DNA of 63,959 nucleotides, the filler included, from Nanobdellota archaeon (lineage in GTDB: Archaea; Nanobdellota; Nanobdellia; Woesearchaeales; CAZZGN01), in the NCBI GenBank assembly GCA_051819665.1. It is 4 parts of 4 records of this genome, joined end to end, with 100 filler letters (N's around TTAATTAATTAA, not from the genome) between each part and the next. Parts side by side here need not be neighbours in the genome. Positions count along the whole stretch, not along the records: positions 35,703 to 53,027 come from JBNJDG010000022.1; 3 more parts are not named here. One strand, given 5' to 3'. Positions 38,582 through 50,786 of the stretch are shown piece by piece. The position numbers and the translations under genes are program-made. The notes under the pieces are model-generated. The model did no database searches. It saw only the letters and a list, made by a program, of their open reading frames with translations, and was not told the origin of the DNA. Within the stretch, counting starts at the first letter, position 1. Each line of letters starts with the position of its first letter.

Positions 38582-40270
38582 ATGGACCTCTTCTCTAAGC
38601 TCTATCACTCTGTATTCTCTAAAAGTAAGTTAGCAGAGGAGGTTAAGGAGGAAAGCTTCTCCGACAGTTCTTTCTTCTTCATTGTACTTCTTTTAGTCCA
38701 GATAATCATACTCTCTTTGACCAGGCTTGATGATATACCCATAAACATTGGCCTGAGTGAGTTCCTCAATAATCTCATCAAATCAACAGTCCTCATGGCA
38801 GGTTATGCTATAGGCATAGTCATAATCTCTTATCTGCTCAATTTCTTCCTGAGGATATACAACGATAAGACTACCGTAAAGGACACTATCAAGAGCATCA
38901 TCTACGGACTGATTCCGGTTTATATCCTCTCACTCATACTGATGTTGGGGGGATGGAACTTCATCATAAACTCAAAACCGGTCATAATACTGCTGTTCGG
39001 TATCTGGACTGCATACCTCACATATAATTTAATCACAAAAATCACAGGAACGACCAAAGGATATGTCATCCCCGCTATAGTCCTTTTCATACTCTTCTGT
39101 TATATCATCTACTTAGGCAAGATAGATGTCATAATATTCTACAGCGTTATGATGGGTGTCCTCTTCTGGAACAGGAAAAAGTTCACTGCAGAAAATATTG
39201 TCCTCATGTACAAGACCAAACTGGGCCTAAAGAACATGAACAGCATGGCCAGGAGATTCCCCCGTGCACTCAGATATCTGGGTGATGCGGGTATAATCAC
39301 CGGTTTTGCAGGCATGTTGACCATATCCATTATGCTCCTGGTGAACGCGGTCAAACTGCTCACCATACCCAACACGATGCCCGGAGCAGCTCCAATACTT
39401 CCAGGGATTCCAATACCTGGCTCTCCGATAACCCTTCCTCTATGGTATGGGATAATATCCATTTTTGTGGTCGTTTTCATCCACGAGTTCTCCCACGGCG
39501 TTATCGCAAGGCTTCATAAGATCAGGGTCAAATCATCCGGTTTCCTTTTTGTAGGGCCCATAATCGGAGCTTTTGTAGAGCCGGACGAGAAGAGGATGGA
39601 GAAGAAGAAAGCCAGGAAACAACTGGCTGTTTTGGGTGCAGGACCTTTCAGTAACATTCTCCTGGCAGGTTTAGTGCTTCTGATAATCAATCTTCTGCTT
39701 GCACCCGCTATAGGAAGCATGATGGATACAGACGGTGTCAGCGTTGATGTCCTTGAAGACACACCCGCTGCCAAAGCAGGCCTGAAGACCAACATGGTAG
39801 TGAAGTCCATGAACGGAACGCCTGTAAAGAACACTACCTTTGCTTACGACTTCCTGAACAGCACAGACCCGGGGGAGAAAGTGGAACTTGAGACAAAGAA
39901 CCGGACTTTCACAGTCACTTTGACTGAACATCCCGAGACAGGCAGCGGATATTTAGGCATAAAGGCTTCCCCGAACAGGGTAGTCAAAGAGAGCTATAAG
40001 CAGGAATACGGTACATTCATCCCTGATGCTCTGCTGATACTTAACAAGTTCTTCTTCTGGCTCTTCGTCATATCTTTCGGTATAGGACTGGCGAACCTTC
40101 TGCCTCTCGGACCCGTAGATGGTGGCAGGATGCTCCAGATAAGCCTAAGGAAATACTTCAAAAAAGCGAAGGCAGACATGATATGGCAGAAGGTGAGCGC
40201 TTTCTTCATACTACTGCTGATGTTCATAATCCTTTTCCCGCTCTTCCAGTGGATAGGAGCTCAGCTGTGA
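38582..40270 (+). CDS. Site-2 (M50) intramembrane metalloprotease with PDZ domain and extra N-terminal membrane domain
   Basis: HEFSH, GAFVEPDE, AGPFSN, NLLPLGPVDGG. Confidence 0.88.
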   Translation: MDLFSKLYHSVFSKSKLAEEVKEESFSDSSFFFIVLLLVQIIILSLTRLDDIPINIGLSEFLNNLIKSTVLMAGYAIGIVIISYLLNFFLRIYNDKTTVKDTIKSIIYGLIPVYILSLILMLGGWNFIINSKPVIILLFGIWTAYLTYNLITKITGTTKGYVIPAIVLFILFCYIIYLGKIDVIIFYSVMMGVLFWNRKKFTAENIVLMYKTKLGLKNMNSMARRFPRALRYLGDAGIITGFAGMLTISIMLLVNAVKLLTIPNTMPGAAPILPGIPIPGSPITLPLWYGIISIFVVVFIHEFSHGVIARLHKIRVKSSGFLFVGPIIGAFVEPDEKRMEKKKARKQLAVLGAGPFSNILLAGLVLLIINLLLAPAIGSMMDTDGVSVDVLEDTPAAKAGLKTNMVVKSMNGTPVKNTTFAYDFLNSTDPGEKVELETKNRTFTVTLTEHPETGSGYLGIKASPNRVVKESYKQEYGTFIPDALLILNKFFFWLFVISFGIGLANLLPLGPVDGGRMLQISLRKYFKKAKADMIWQKVSAFFILLLMFIILFPLFQWIGAQL

Positions 40271-40307
40271 GTAAAACTTTATTAACGACTTCTCCATTAC
40301 CATTCAT

Positions 40308-41006
40308 ATGGACATTATCCTGATGGAAATAGCGAATGAAGGCAACCTAGGAGCTATATCGAGGTGTATGGCGAACTTTGGGTTCAGGAACCTGGTACTT
40401 GTAGACCCGCAGTGTGATGAAGGCAGTATCGAGACCATCAAGAGAGCTAAGCACAGCAAAGATATTCTAAACAATCTTAAAGTTACGGACAAGAACATCC
40501 TTGAAGAATACGATTATCTCATAGGCACCACAGCCAAGACTGGCAGTGACTACAACATACCCAGGGTACCTGTAAGGCCTGAAGAGATGAAAGACAAGGA
40601 TTATGGTGATACAAGAGTGGGCCTCCTCATAGGCAGGGAAGGAGACGGACTAAGTAATGAAGAACTAAAGCGATGTGATCTGACGATAACCATCCCAACC
40701 TCCAAAGAATACCCTACCCTTAATATAAGCCACGCTGTAGCAATTCTCCTTTATGAGATGAGCAAAGCCGAAGAGAACATAACCAGTCATATAAAGACAG
40801 CTACGAAGAGAGAGAAAGATATCCTCCTTGAAGAACTTGAGAAGGCAATCCAGAGGATGAGCTTCACGACTGAAGAGAAGAGAGAGACCCAGAGGAAGGT
40901 CTGGCGGAGGATGATCGGCAAGGCCGGGCTGACAAAAAGGGAAGCCTATGCGATCATAGGTTTTCTGAAGAAATCAACCTCGGAAGGAAAACAAAAGAAT
41001 CGATGA
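40308..41006 (+). CDS. TrmJ/TrmH-family SPOUT RNA methyltransferase
   Basis: GNLGAISR.MANFG, GREGDGLSNEEL, YPTLNISHA. Confidence 0.9.
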   Translation: MDIILMEIANEGNLGAISRCMANFGFRNLVLVDPQCDEGSIETIKRAKHSKDILNNLKVTDKNILEEYDYLIGTTAKTGSDYNIPRVPVRPEEMKDKDYGDTRVGLLIGREGDGLSNEELKRCDLTITIPTSKEYPTLNISHAVAILLYEMSKAEENITSHIKTATKREKDILLEELEKAIQRMSFTTEEKRETQRKVWRRMIGKAGLTKREAYAIIGFLKKSTSEGKQKNR

Positions 41007-41595
41007 TATGATCGGCCTTTGAGAGCCTCTTCTCGTCCTGAACACCTGTCCTGACTGCAACAGCCAGCATGCCTGCTTTTTTGGCCATCTCTATATCCTT
41101 CTCAGTATCCCCTATATAGAGGGCCTCTTCAGGTTTCACTCCTGATTTCCTGGCAATCTCGAGTATACCTTCCGGAGAAGGCCTCTTCGAGCTATAATCC
41201 TCTATAGAATAGAGCTGAGCAAAATCCCTGAAATCCAGAAGGCTCAGAACTTTGTCAACAGACTTCTTTTCCATACAACTATAAGCAATTACCTTCTTAT
41301 CCCATGAAAGAAGATTAAGAGCTCCATCAACCCCCTCGAACGGCTTCATCCTGTTCATCATCTTATCTGGAAAAATTTTCGTGAACTCTTTATAGACTTC
41401 CTCATGCTTATCCTTCTCCCCTTCCGGAAGATAAGCTTTGATATAATCAGGGATGCTTGTCCCGAAGGCCTCATGCATGGCCTCCCTGTTACCTTTGTCT
41501 ATTGAAAGCTTCCCCGATGCAGTCTCTATAGCTCCGGTTATAGCCTCATCTGTCTTCACGAGTGTTCCGCCTATATCAGTAATTATGAGTTTCAA
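40954..41595 (-). CDS. HAD-family hydrolase
   Basis: DIGGTL, RPSP, YIGD..KD..MAKKAG. Confidence 0.85.
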   Translation of the reverse strand: MKLIITDIGGTLVKTDEAITGAIETASGKLSIDKGNREAMHEAFGTSIPDYIKAYLPEGEKDKHEEVYKEFTKIFPDKMMNRMKPFEGVDGALNLLSWDKKVIAYSCMEKKSVDKVLSLLDFRDFAQLYSIEDYSSKRPSPEGILEIARKSGVKPEEALYIGDTEKDIEMAKKAGMLAVAVRTGVQDEKRLSKADHIIDSFVFLPRLISSENL

Positions 41596-41893
41596 GATAT
41601 TCCTTCACCCTCTTATCCATTTTCGGTTTGGCCTCCCGGCCCAGGGAATAATAGACCTTCTCGACCTCATTACCCCAGCTGAACTCACCCTTCTCATTCC
41701 TTACCTTATTCTTGATGAACTCACCTGTAGAGAGACCCTTCTTGAGATGGTAATATATGCTCCTCAGAGAAATATTGGGGTAGATTCCCTTATAGACCTT
41801 GTATATATCATAACCTGTGGCTTCTTTCAGGAAATAGAGGACCTCCACCATCCTCTGCCTTATCTCTGAGCCAATTGGCCTGCCTCTTCCCAT
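41576..41893 (-). CDS. Small winged-helix protein
   Basis: GRP..SEIRQ...GYDIYK.Y...SIYYHLKKG pattern. Confidence 0.65.
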   Translation of the reverse strand: MGRGRPIGSEIRQRMVEVLYFLKEATGYDIYKVYKGIYPNISLRSIYYHLKKGLSTGEFIKNKVRNEKGEFSWGNEVEKVYYSLGREAKPKMDKRVKEYLETHNY

Positions 41894-42087
41894 AATGATG
41901 TTCTGAGAACCTATTATTTATATTATTTTCCATATGAAAAAGAATTTCATCCATCAAGAACTGATTCCGGATGAACAAAATCAGACAGGAAAATCTTCCA
42001 CTACAACGGAAAAGTATCTTCCAGAAGAAAAGATCTACGTATAATCCATGATAAGACTGATTAAAGATCAACTCATATTCAGATCAT

Positions 42088-43182
42088 ATGGAAACAGATA
42101 ATATCGAATCCGAGACACTGGACGAGAATGTGGATCAGCTCTACAACAATATCTTTGAGAACGCGACCGTGAATGATCTCAAATCCTCGAAGGAGCTGAC
42201 AGGCAAGAAACTCGACTCGATTGCAGAAGGATATAAAGAGACAGACTTCGTGAAATTCGATTTCGAGAAGGAAGACGGGCAGATAATGAACTATAAGGAG
42301 ATCGATACAGGGCTCCTCCCGAGGATAATCTCTTCAGTACTGAATATTGACAAGGACCTCCAGAAGAGATACAATGAGACGATAAAGAAAAGGCATACAG
42401 AAGACATTGATCTCACTACCAAAGTGATAGAGAACTCCCAGATGAACCTCAGGAAAAGCGGAGAGAAATTCGACAGGGTGATGGATAATATCAAGGAGAA
42501 CATGGGCAAGCTCTCCGAGAAAAGAAGAACTTATCAGGAGAAATTCGCCCAATGCGAAGCCCTGCAGGAGAAGGCATCGAAAGAGATAGAAAGCTACAGG
42601 GAAAAACTCGGCATGATTAAGAAGGATCTTGAGAAAGCAGCCACAGACACAGAATATTCAAAATATACACCCCAGTTAGAAAAAGAGAAGAACGAGATGA
42701 TAGAGAAGATCAGGGATTACAGGAACAAGATGGAAAAATCCGTCTATGCTATGGAAAATTTCAACCAGATGATCAACTCTCTCAGTAATAAGGAGAATCA
42801 TATGGACAAGGTCTATGAAAAGATCGGCAAAGAGAGGATGAAGATAGAATACGTTGATGAATTTTTCAAGATTGCAAGGGAGAATAAACAGATAAGTGAT
42901 GATATATCCAATTATAACGTGGATGATCTTGATTCGAAAAGCATCGTGGAAGAAAGCACAGAGATGATAAACAAGATAATGTCCTACAATGATTCTGTTT
43001 TCGATGAATTCAAGAAGATGGGCGAGAAGAGCGAGGTATCCATAAACAACCTCTACAATAGCCAGGAGAATGTTGAGGACAATTTCAGGAAATACGATAT
43101 AGAGGGGATAAAATCAAAAGCTGATAAGCTCATCTCGGAGAGGAGAGAGCAGGAGTACAAAAGACTGAATAACCTGATCTAG
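42088..43182 (+). CDS. Long coiled-coil hypothetical protein
   Basis: 364 aa, E/K-rich heptad pattern, almost no Pro. Confidence 0.75.
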   Translation: METDNIESETLDENVDQLYNNIFENATVNDLKSSKELTGKKLDSIAEGYKETDFVKFDFEKEDGQIMNYKEIDTGLLPRIISSVLNIDKDLQKRYNETIKKRHTEDIDLTTKVIENSQMNLRKSGEKFDRVMDNIKENMGKLSEKRRTYQEKFAQCEALQEKASKEIESYREKLGMIKKDLEKAATDTEYSKYTPQLEKEKNEMIEKIRDYRNKMEKSVYAMENFNQMINSLSNKENHMDKVYEKIGKERMKIEYVDEFFKIARENKQISDDISNYNVDDLDSKSIVEESTEMINKIMSYNDSVFDEFKKMGEKSEVSINNLYNSQENVEDNFRKYDIEGIKSKADKLISERREQEYKRLNNLI

Positions 43183-43183
43183 A

Positions 43184-44347
43184 ATGGACAGGAGCCAGGC
43201 TTACATAGACGCGAATTCTCAGGGCCTCAGTTTCACCTCCAGGAAAGCCCTGTCCGACTTCCTCTCCGAGTACCTTTCCACAAGGGAAGAGGTGTTATCC
43301 AAATACCCACCGGGGAATATCGAAGAGAGTCATACTGCGAATCTCTACAGCCTCAAGAGATCCGCGGAGAAGGTAATGGATAAAGGGCTCAAAAGCCATG
43401 AATACAACAAGGACATGAGCGAATTAGCTTCCAATGTATACATGGGCCTGGACAAACAGGAGAGATATGCAGCATCCGAGCTCATAAAAGTCTTCTCTGG
43501 ATATACCAGACCGGAGAAGTACTTCGCGGATCTACACCACACCGCAAAAGAGGATCTCTCAAGGATAAAGAACAGCTATAAGAGAAGAATCTCCGGAGAT
43601 GGGATGAAGCTTGAGAATATAATCGGGCTGGAGAACCAGAAAAGAGAGATAGACAAGTTCATCAAGGCGGTAGAATATCCTGATGTTTACAAAGAAAACG
43701 ATGCAAGGAGTTTCAGCGGGATCCTTCTCTACGGTCCTCCAGGTACGGGAAAGACAATGCTCGGGAGAGCCATGGCGGATCAGCTGGGGATTGACTTCGT
43801 GGAGATAAGACTCAGCGAGATCGTCTCAAAATACTTCGGGGATTCCGAAAGCATAATCCAGAACATGTTCGATCAGTACGATGATAAAGCTATCTTCTTC
43901 TTCGATGAGCTCGACGGGCTTGCCCCTGACAGGAAAAATGGAAAGGACAATTCCGCCTCTACGAGGATAGTGAGTACCCTTCTCACAAATCTAGACGGTA
44001 TGAACAAGGATAAGGAGATCATCCCTATAGGCACGACGAACCGGCTGGATGATATAGATGAAGCCCTGAAAAGACCCGGGAGGTTCTCAAAACTCATAGA
44101 GGTGCCTCTGCCTGACTATAAGACCAGGAAGGATATGTTCAAGAACATGACAGACAAAGAGATCTTCAGTATCAAAGATTACAACAGCTTCGCCGAGATG
44201 ACAGAGAACCTTAGCGGTGCGGACATAAAAGAGATTATCGAAAGGACGAAAGAGGACAGGGCATACAACATCTGCCTGGGTAATTCTCCTGAGAGGATAA
44301 AGGATGAGGATATAACCAGAAAGATAAATGATTATGAGAGGCTCTAA
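43184..44347 (+). CDS. Single-module classic AAA+ ATPase (Cdc48/PAN-like) with helical N-terminus
   Basis: GPPGTGKT, SKYFGDSE pore loop, FFDELD, TTNR..DEALKRPGRF. Confidence 0.9.
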   Translation: MDRSQAYIDANSQGLSFTSRKALSDFLSEYLSTREEVLSKYPPGNIEESHTANLYSLKRSAEKVMDKGLKSHEYNKDMSELASNVYMGLDKQERYAASELIKVFSGYTRPEKYFADLHHTAKEDLSRIKNSYKRRISGDGMKLENIIGLENQKREIDKFIKAVEYPDVYKENDARSFSGILLYGPPGTGKTMLGRAMADQLGIDFVEIRLSEIVSKYFGDSESIIQNMFDQYDDKAIFFFDELDGLAPDRKNGKDNSASTRIVSTLLTNLDGMNKDKEIIPIGTTNRLDDIDEALKRPGRFSKLIEVPLPDYKTRKDMFKNMTDKEIFSIKDYNSFAEMTENLSGADIKEIIERTKEDRAYNICLGNSPERIKDEDITRKINDYERL

Positions 44348-44565
44348 CCGTTCAGCTTCTTCTTGAGCTCTTCAAGCTGATGAATGCCCTCGATAGCCTG
44401 ATTTATCTTGAGAGCTATCTGGTGCATTTCCCTTATGTATTCCTCCGCCTGCCTTTTCTGATCAGGAGGCAGGGTATTGAGCTTCTCAGAATACTCCTTT
44501 ATCCCTTTCTTGAGTTCCTGCACAGTCTCTGTAAGAACCTTGAGCATATCTTGTGTCTCGTCCAT
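44344..44565 (-). CDS. Small helical hypothetical protein
   Basis: Likely start MDETQ at 44565; coiled-coil-like. Confidence 0.5.
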   Translation of the reverse strand: MDETQDMLKVLTETVQELKKGIKEYSEKLNTLPPDQKRQAEEYIREMHQIALKINQAIEGIHQLEELKKKLNG

Positions 44566-44600
44566 AACAGCCCAGGAGAATATATCATTTATTAAACTTT

Positions 44601-45548
44601 CTACATGAAGATCCTTCTTGCTATGCTGTTGCACACCAATACGATGTCCTTTATCTTCTCGAGGACAACAGGAGAAAACTTAACTTTTTCCGTATCCTGA
44701 TAAAGCTTTTCAAGCTCCCCTATCATCTCATTCTTCGTATTGGATATACTGAAAGCCGCTTCTTTATCCTCCTTATAGAAAGAGGTCATAGCTCTCACAT
44801 AAAGGTCATGAGACTTCCTGAAATATTCCTCTATGCCATTATCAGTGATGACCTTCTGAAGGTTTTTCTTCGAGACCATATCGGATATTTTCTTTATATC
44901 ATCAGCTATCCTCTCGATATAATGGGCCATCGAATCATAGACCATCATATGCCTGTTAGAGATGCCTTTCTTACCGGCCATGGAAGGATGATCGAGCATA
45001 TAATTGATCACCCTGAAAAGAAGGAAGCTTAACCTGTTTATGTCCTTATCCCTCTCATATATGCTCTTTACCATATCCTCATCAGGCAGCCCAATCATAT
45101 CCTGCATCAATGACCTGGTGATTATATCCATCCTCCTGACGAGGTCACTCAAAGAAACATCCTCTATCTTCAGGAAATCCTTTGCCAGTATACTGTTAGA
45201 GCTTTCCTGGACTATCTCGATTGCCATCAGGTTCTTGATGGCCTTCCTGATATAATCAGCCTTATCTTTCAAGCCAGAGCCATAGATCTTTATGACATTA
45301 TTGTTGCTTATATACGCAGAGACGATCCTACGGTTTATCTCCCTCTCATCTATCCTGGATATATCTATCTCTACACGTTTGGTCTTCTTTTTCTCTTTTT
45401 TCTCATCCGGCATTATCATCAGGTTAGGGCCCATCTCAGAGATGAAAACGAAATCACCGAAAGAGAGGTTATTCTGCAGGAGCCACTTCCTCGGGAGAGA
45501 GATTATCGACGAGGATTTACCGAATTTAATGATCTTCCGCTTATCCAT
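44601..45548 (-). CDS. AbrB-PhoU phosphate uptake regulator
   Basis: RKIIKFG.SS.IISLP..W N-terminus; IERIAD PhoU motif. Confidence 0.85.
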   Translation of the reverse strand: MDKRKIIKFGKSSSIISLPRKWLLQNNLSFGDFVFISEMGPNLMIMPDEKKEKKKTKRVEIDISRIDEREINRRIVSAYISNNNVIKIYGSGLKDKADYIRKAIKNLMAIEIVQESSNSILAKDFLKIEDVSLSDLVRRMDIITRSLMQDMIGLPDEDMVKSIYERDKDINRLSFLLFRVINYMLDHPSMAGKKGISNRHMMVYDSMAHYIERIADDIKKISDMVSKKNLQKVITDNGIEEYFRKSHDLYVRAMTSFYKEDKEAAFSISNTKNEMIGELEKLYQDTEKVKFSPVVLEKIKDIVLVCNSIARRIFM

Positions 45549-45719
45549 AAGGACAAGAAATAAATACTTAAATATATATTTTTGGATTCACTATGGTTGA
45601 AAGGGATCCGTATTTTATATTTAAGAATCTCCGCCCGCCTGAAAGCACAATAAATGGCAACCTTTAAATATTAGAAGGTATCTCATTAATACACTAATAT
45701 CTCGCTGGAGAGCCCATAA

Positions 45720-48264
<2,545 letters not shown>

Positions 48265-48378
48265 AGTCTCAGGTGAGAGAAAGAGTTTTATAAAATTTTC
48301 TGAAAATGTATAAAGGTTCATTTATAAATGAAACAATAAATATTTAAAACAAATATACAGCCCGGAAGTTGATGCAAA

Positions 48379-49209
48379 ATGGTTAAAGTAAAAGCACAAT
48401 CACAGGCAAGGAAAAAGAAGAAGAAATGGGTACAGATCAACAGCCCAAAGATTTTCGGCGAGAAGAAGATCGGAGAGACCTTCGTGGAAGAAGCTGAGAA
48501 TGCAGTGGGCAAAAGGGTAGAGCAGAACCTCATGTCCCTGACAGGTGAGATGAAGAAACAGAACATCACCATCAAGTTCGTTATAGACAAGGTAACAGGT
48601 TCCGTAGCTCATACAGTACCAGTAAAGTATACGATGGCACCTTCCTTCATAAAGAGATTAGTGAGGAGAAGGAGGAACAGGATAGACATCTCCAATGTAT
48701 ATACGACAAAGGATAATATAAAGGTGAGGATAAAACCCCTTATCATAACCAACACTGATGCAAGAGGCTCTGTGCTTACTTCACTTAGAAGGAAAGCTGA
48801 CGCGCTTCTGGCAGGACAGATAAAAAAGATGAAATACCTCGAGCTTTTCGAGAACGTCATATCCTATAACCTCCAGGGTACGCTCAAGAGGAACCTGAAG
48901 AAGATACATCCTCTAAGGAACTGTGAAGTAAGGGTCCTTGAGAAAGAGGATAAGAACCAGGAAGTCATCGATGAGACCAAAGAAGCTGAGGAAGAGAAGA
49001 AAGAGGAAAGCTCAGGAGAAGAGAAGGAGAAGGAACCGAAGAAAGAATCCCTGAAAAAGACCTCTAAGAAAGAATCTTCTGAAGATAAGGGAGAAAAGAA
49101 AGCTTCAGAGGGAGAAGAAAGTAAAGAGACCGAAGATAAGGACTCTTCTGAAGAAGCTCCTGAAAAAGAAGACAATAAAGAGAAGAAATCCGAAGAGAAG
49201 GGGGAATAA
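48379..49209 (+). CDS. rps3ae: Ribosomal protein eS1 (S3Ae) with long acidic/charged C-terminal tail
   Basis: KKKW..I.SP..F; IKRLVRRR; KKIHPLR..EVR; ~85-aa E/K/S-rich tail. Confidence 0.85.
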   Translation: MVKVKAQSQARKKKKKWVQINSPKIFGEKKIGETFVEEAENAVGKRVEQNLMSLTGEMKKQNITIKFVIDKVTGSVAHTVPVKYTMAPSFIKRLVRRRRNRIDISNVYTTKDNIKVRIKPLIITNTDARGSVLTSLRRKADALLAGQIKKMKYLELFENVISYNLQGTLKRNLKKIHPLRNCEVRVLEKEDKNQEVIDETKEAEEEKKEESSGEEKEKEPKKESLKKTSKKESSEDKGEKKASEGEESKETEDKDSSEEAPEKEDNKEKKSEEKGE

Positions 49210-49224
49210 TCCCCTCTTTTTCTT

Positions 49225-49866
49225 ATGTTATACATCGTTGCCACACCGATAGGCAATCTTGAAGATATTTCTGAAAGGGCTAAGAACACACTTAAGGAAG
49301 CAGATTATATCCTGGCCGAGGATACGAGAAGGACAAGAAAGCTACTCTCTGCTCTGAGCATAAGCAACAGGACAGTCTCCTATCATGATCACAGCCCAGA
49401 CTCGAAAGAGGACAGGATCATCGAGGACCTCAGTAAGGGAAAGGAAATCGCCCTTGTAAGTGATGGCGGGACGCCTCTCGTCTCTGATCCCGGGTACAGG
49501 CTGGTCAGGAGAGCGAGAGAGGAGAACCTTGACATCTCTCCAATCCCCGGACCAAGTTCAGTCATCGCAGCCCTGAGCGTGGCAGGTTTCCCAACAGACA
49601 GGTTCTGCTTCATGGGTTTCGTCCCTAAGAAAAAGAAAAGGAAGTTCTTTGAAGATATACCTGATATGACCACAGTGATCCTTGAAAGCCCATATCGGAT
49701 AAACAAGACCCTTGACCTTATAGCTGAGATGCTCCCAGACAGAAAGATTTTTATTGGAAGAGAAATGACAAAGAAATTCGAGGAATTCAAAAGAGGTGCA
49801 GCACAGGACATAAAGATAGAGGACAACCGAGGTGAAATAACAATTGTCATCGAAAAACGCTTTTGA
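49225..49866 (+). CDS. rsmI: 16S rRNA C1402 2'-O-methyltransferase
   Basis: LYIVATPIGNLEDIS, AEDTR, SDGGTPLVSDPG, ESPYR, REMTKKFEE. Confidence 0.92.
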   Translation: MLYIVATPIGNLEDISERAKNTLKEADYILAEDTRRTRKLLSALSISNRTVSYHDHSPDSKEDRIIEDLSKGKEIALVSDGGTPLVSDPGYRLVRRAREENLDISPIPGPSSVIAALSVAGFPTDRFCFMGFVPKKKKRKFFEDIPDMTTVILESPYRINKTLDLIAEMLPDRKIFIGREMTKKFEEFKRGAAQDIKIEDNRGEITIVIEKRF

Positions 49867-50209
49867 GAGATTTTTGGACAAACTGGAGATGCTTCTGTTC
49901 GGGGACGTAGACAAAGAACCGAAAGTGAAGAAAGCTGAAAGCCAGTCTAAGAAAGAAAATGAACAAGTGAAGAGCAATACCGGCAGAAAGAAAGTAAGCG
50001 GAAAGAAGACTGCAAAAAAGACCACTAAAAAGAGATCTTCTTCAACGAAGAGAAAAACCGCCGGAAGTAAGGCAGCGAAAAAGAAAACTTCCAGGAAGAA
50101 GACCAGCAGGAAAAAGACAACAAAGAAAACTGCCAAGAAAAGATCCTCTAAAAAATCTTCAAAGAGGACCACTAAGAAGAGATCTTCTTCCGCGAAGAAA
50201 AAAGCCTAG
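49844..50209 (+). CDS. Lys/Arg/Ser/Thr-rich basic protein (histone H1-like low-complexity tail)
   Basis: GAGGTGA ribosome-binding site 8 nt before the TTG start; repeats KKTAKK, KKTSRK, TTKKRSSS. Confidence 0.65.
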   Translation: MSSKNAFERFLDKLEMLLFGDVDKEPKVKKAESQSKKENEQVKSNTGRKKVSGKKTAKKTTKKRSSSTKRKTAGSKAAKKKTSRKKTSRKKTTKKTAKKRSSKKSSKRTTKKRSSSAKKKA

Positions 50210-50751
50210 ATATCGTATATCTTCACAGGAGTTCCTTCAAAATTTATCTCCTGTGAAGGCTTTTTCAGCATATCGAAGGAGTTCATGGGACCATAGACTA
50301 TGAGCCTCCCGCTGAACTCATCCTTTATCTTCTTCTGTATCCTGTCATCCTTCTTATCAGGATTTATGAAGATCACATCATGGGCAGAAAGGTCATGATC
50401 CATAAAATCCTTATTAACGAAAGAGACATTGTTGGTATGAGGAATATGATACAGCTTATCCTTAATATCCTCTGAGACATTGATGAGCCAGTCATCATGC
50501 TCCACACCTGTTGCTTTGGTGAATAAAGAAGCTATCATCACAGCCTTTCCATCACCACTGCCCAGATCAAGGAAATGATCATGGTTATGGAGCCCTATCC
50601 TGTTGAATACATCAAAAAGCTCGTCAGCCACACTCACACCCCAATAGCCTTTCTCCGTCTCCCTTACGGGAAACATACCATGCTGTGCGAAAAGGTATTT
50701 GTAAAAAGAATTATACATCTCTTTTATAGACCTGAAATGATGTTCAACCAT
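50206..50751 (-). CDS. Class I SAM-dependent methyltransferase
   Basis: FLDLGSGDG, GVE, DF, FINPD motifs. Confidence 0.82.
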   Translation of the reverse strand: MVEHHFRSIKEMYNSFYKYLFAQHGMFPVRETEKGYWGVSVADELFDVFNRIGLHNHDHFLDLGSGDGKAVMIASLFTKATGVEHDDWLINVSEDIKDKLYHIPHTNNVSFVNKDFMDHDLSAHDVIFINPDKKDDRIQKKIKDEFSGRLIVYGPMNSFDMLKKPSQEINFEGTPVKIYDI

Positions 50752-50786
50752 ATAGATTAATCCACTGAGAGCATATATAAAATTTT

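Noticed and set aside
43184..44347. Direct Vps4/CdvC call
   Set aside because: Has RPGRF and KYFG rather than Vps4-type RRF and KW motifs; no evident MIT domain.
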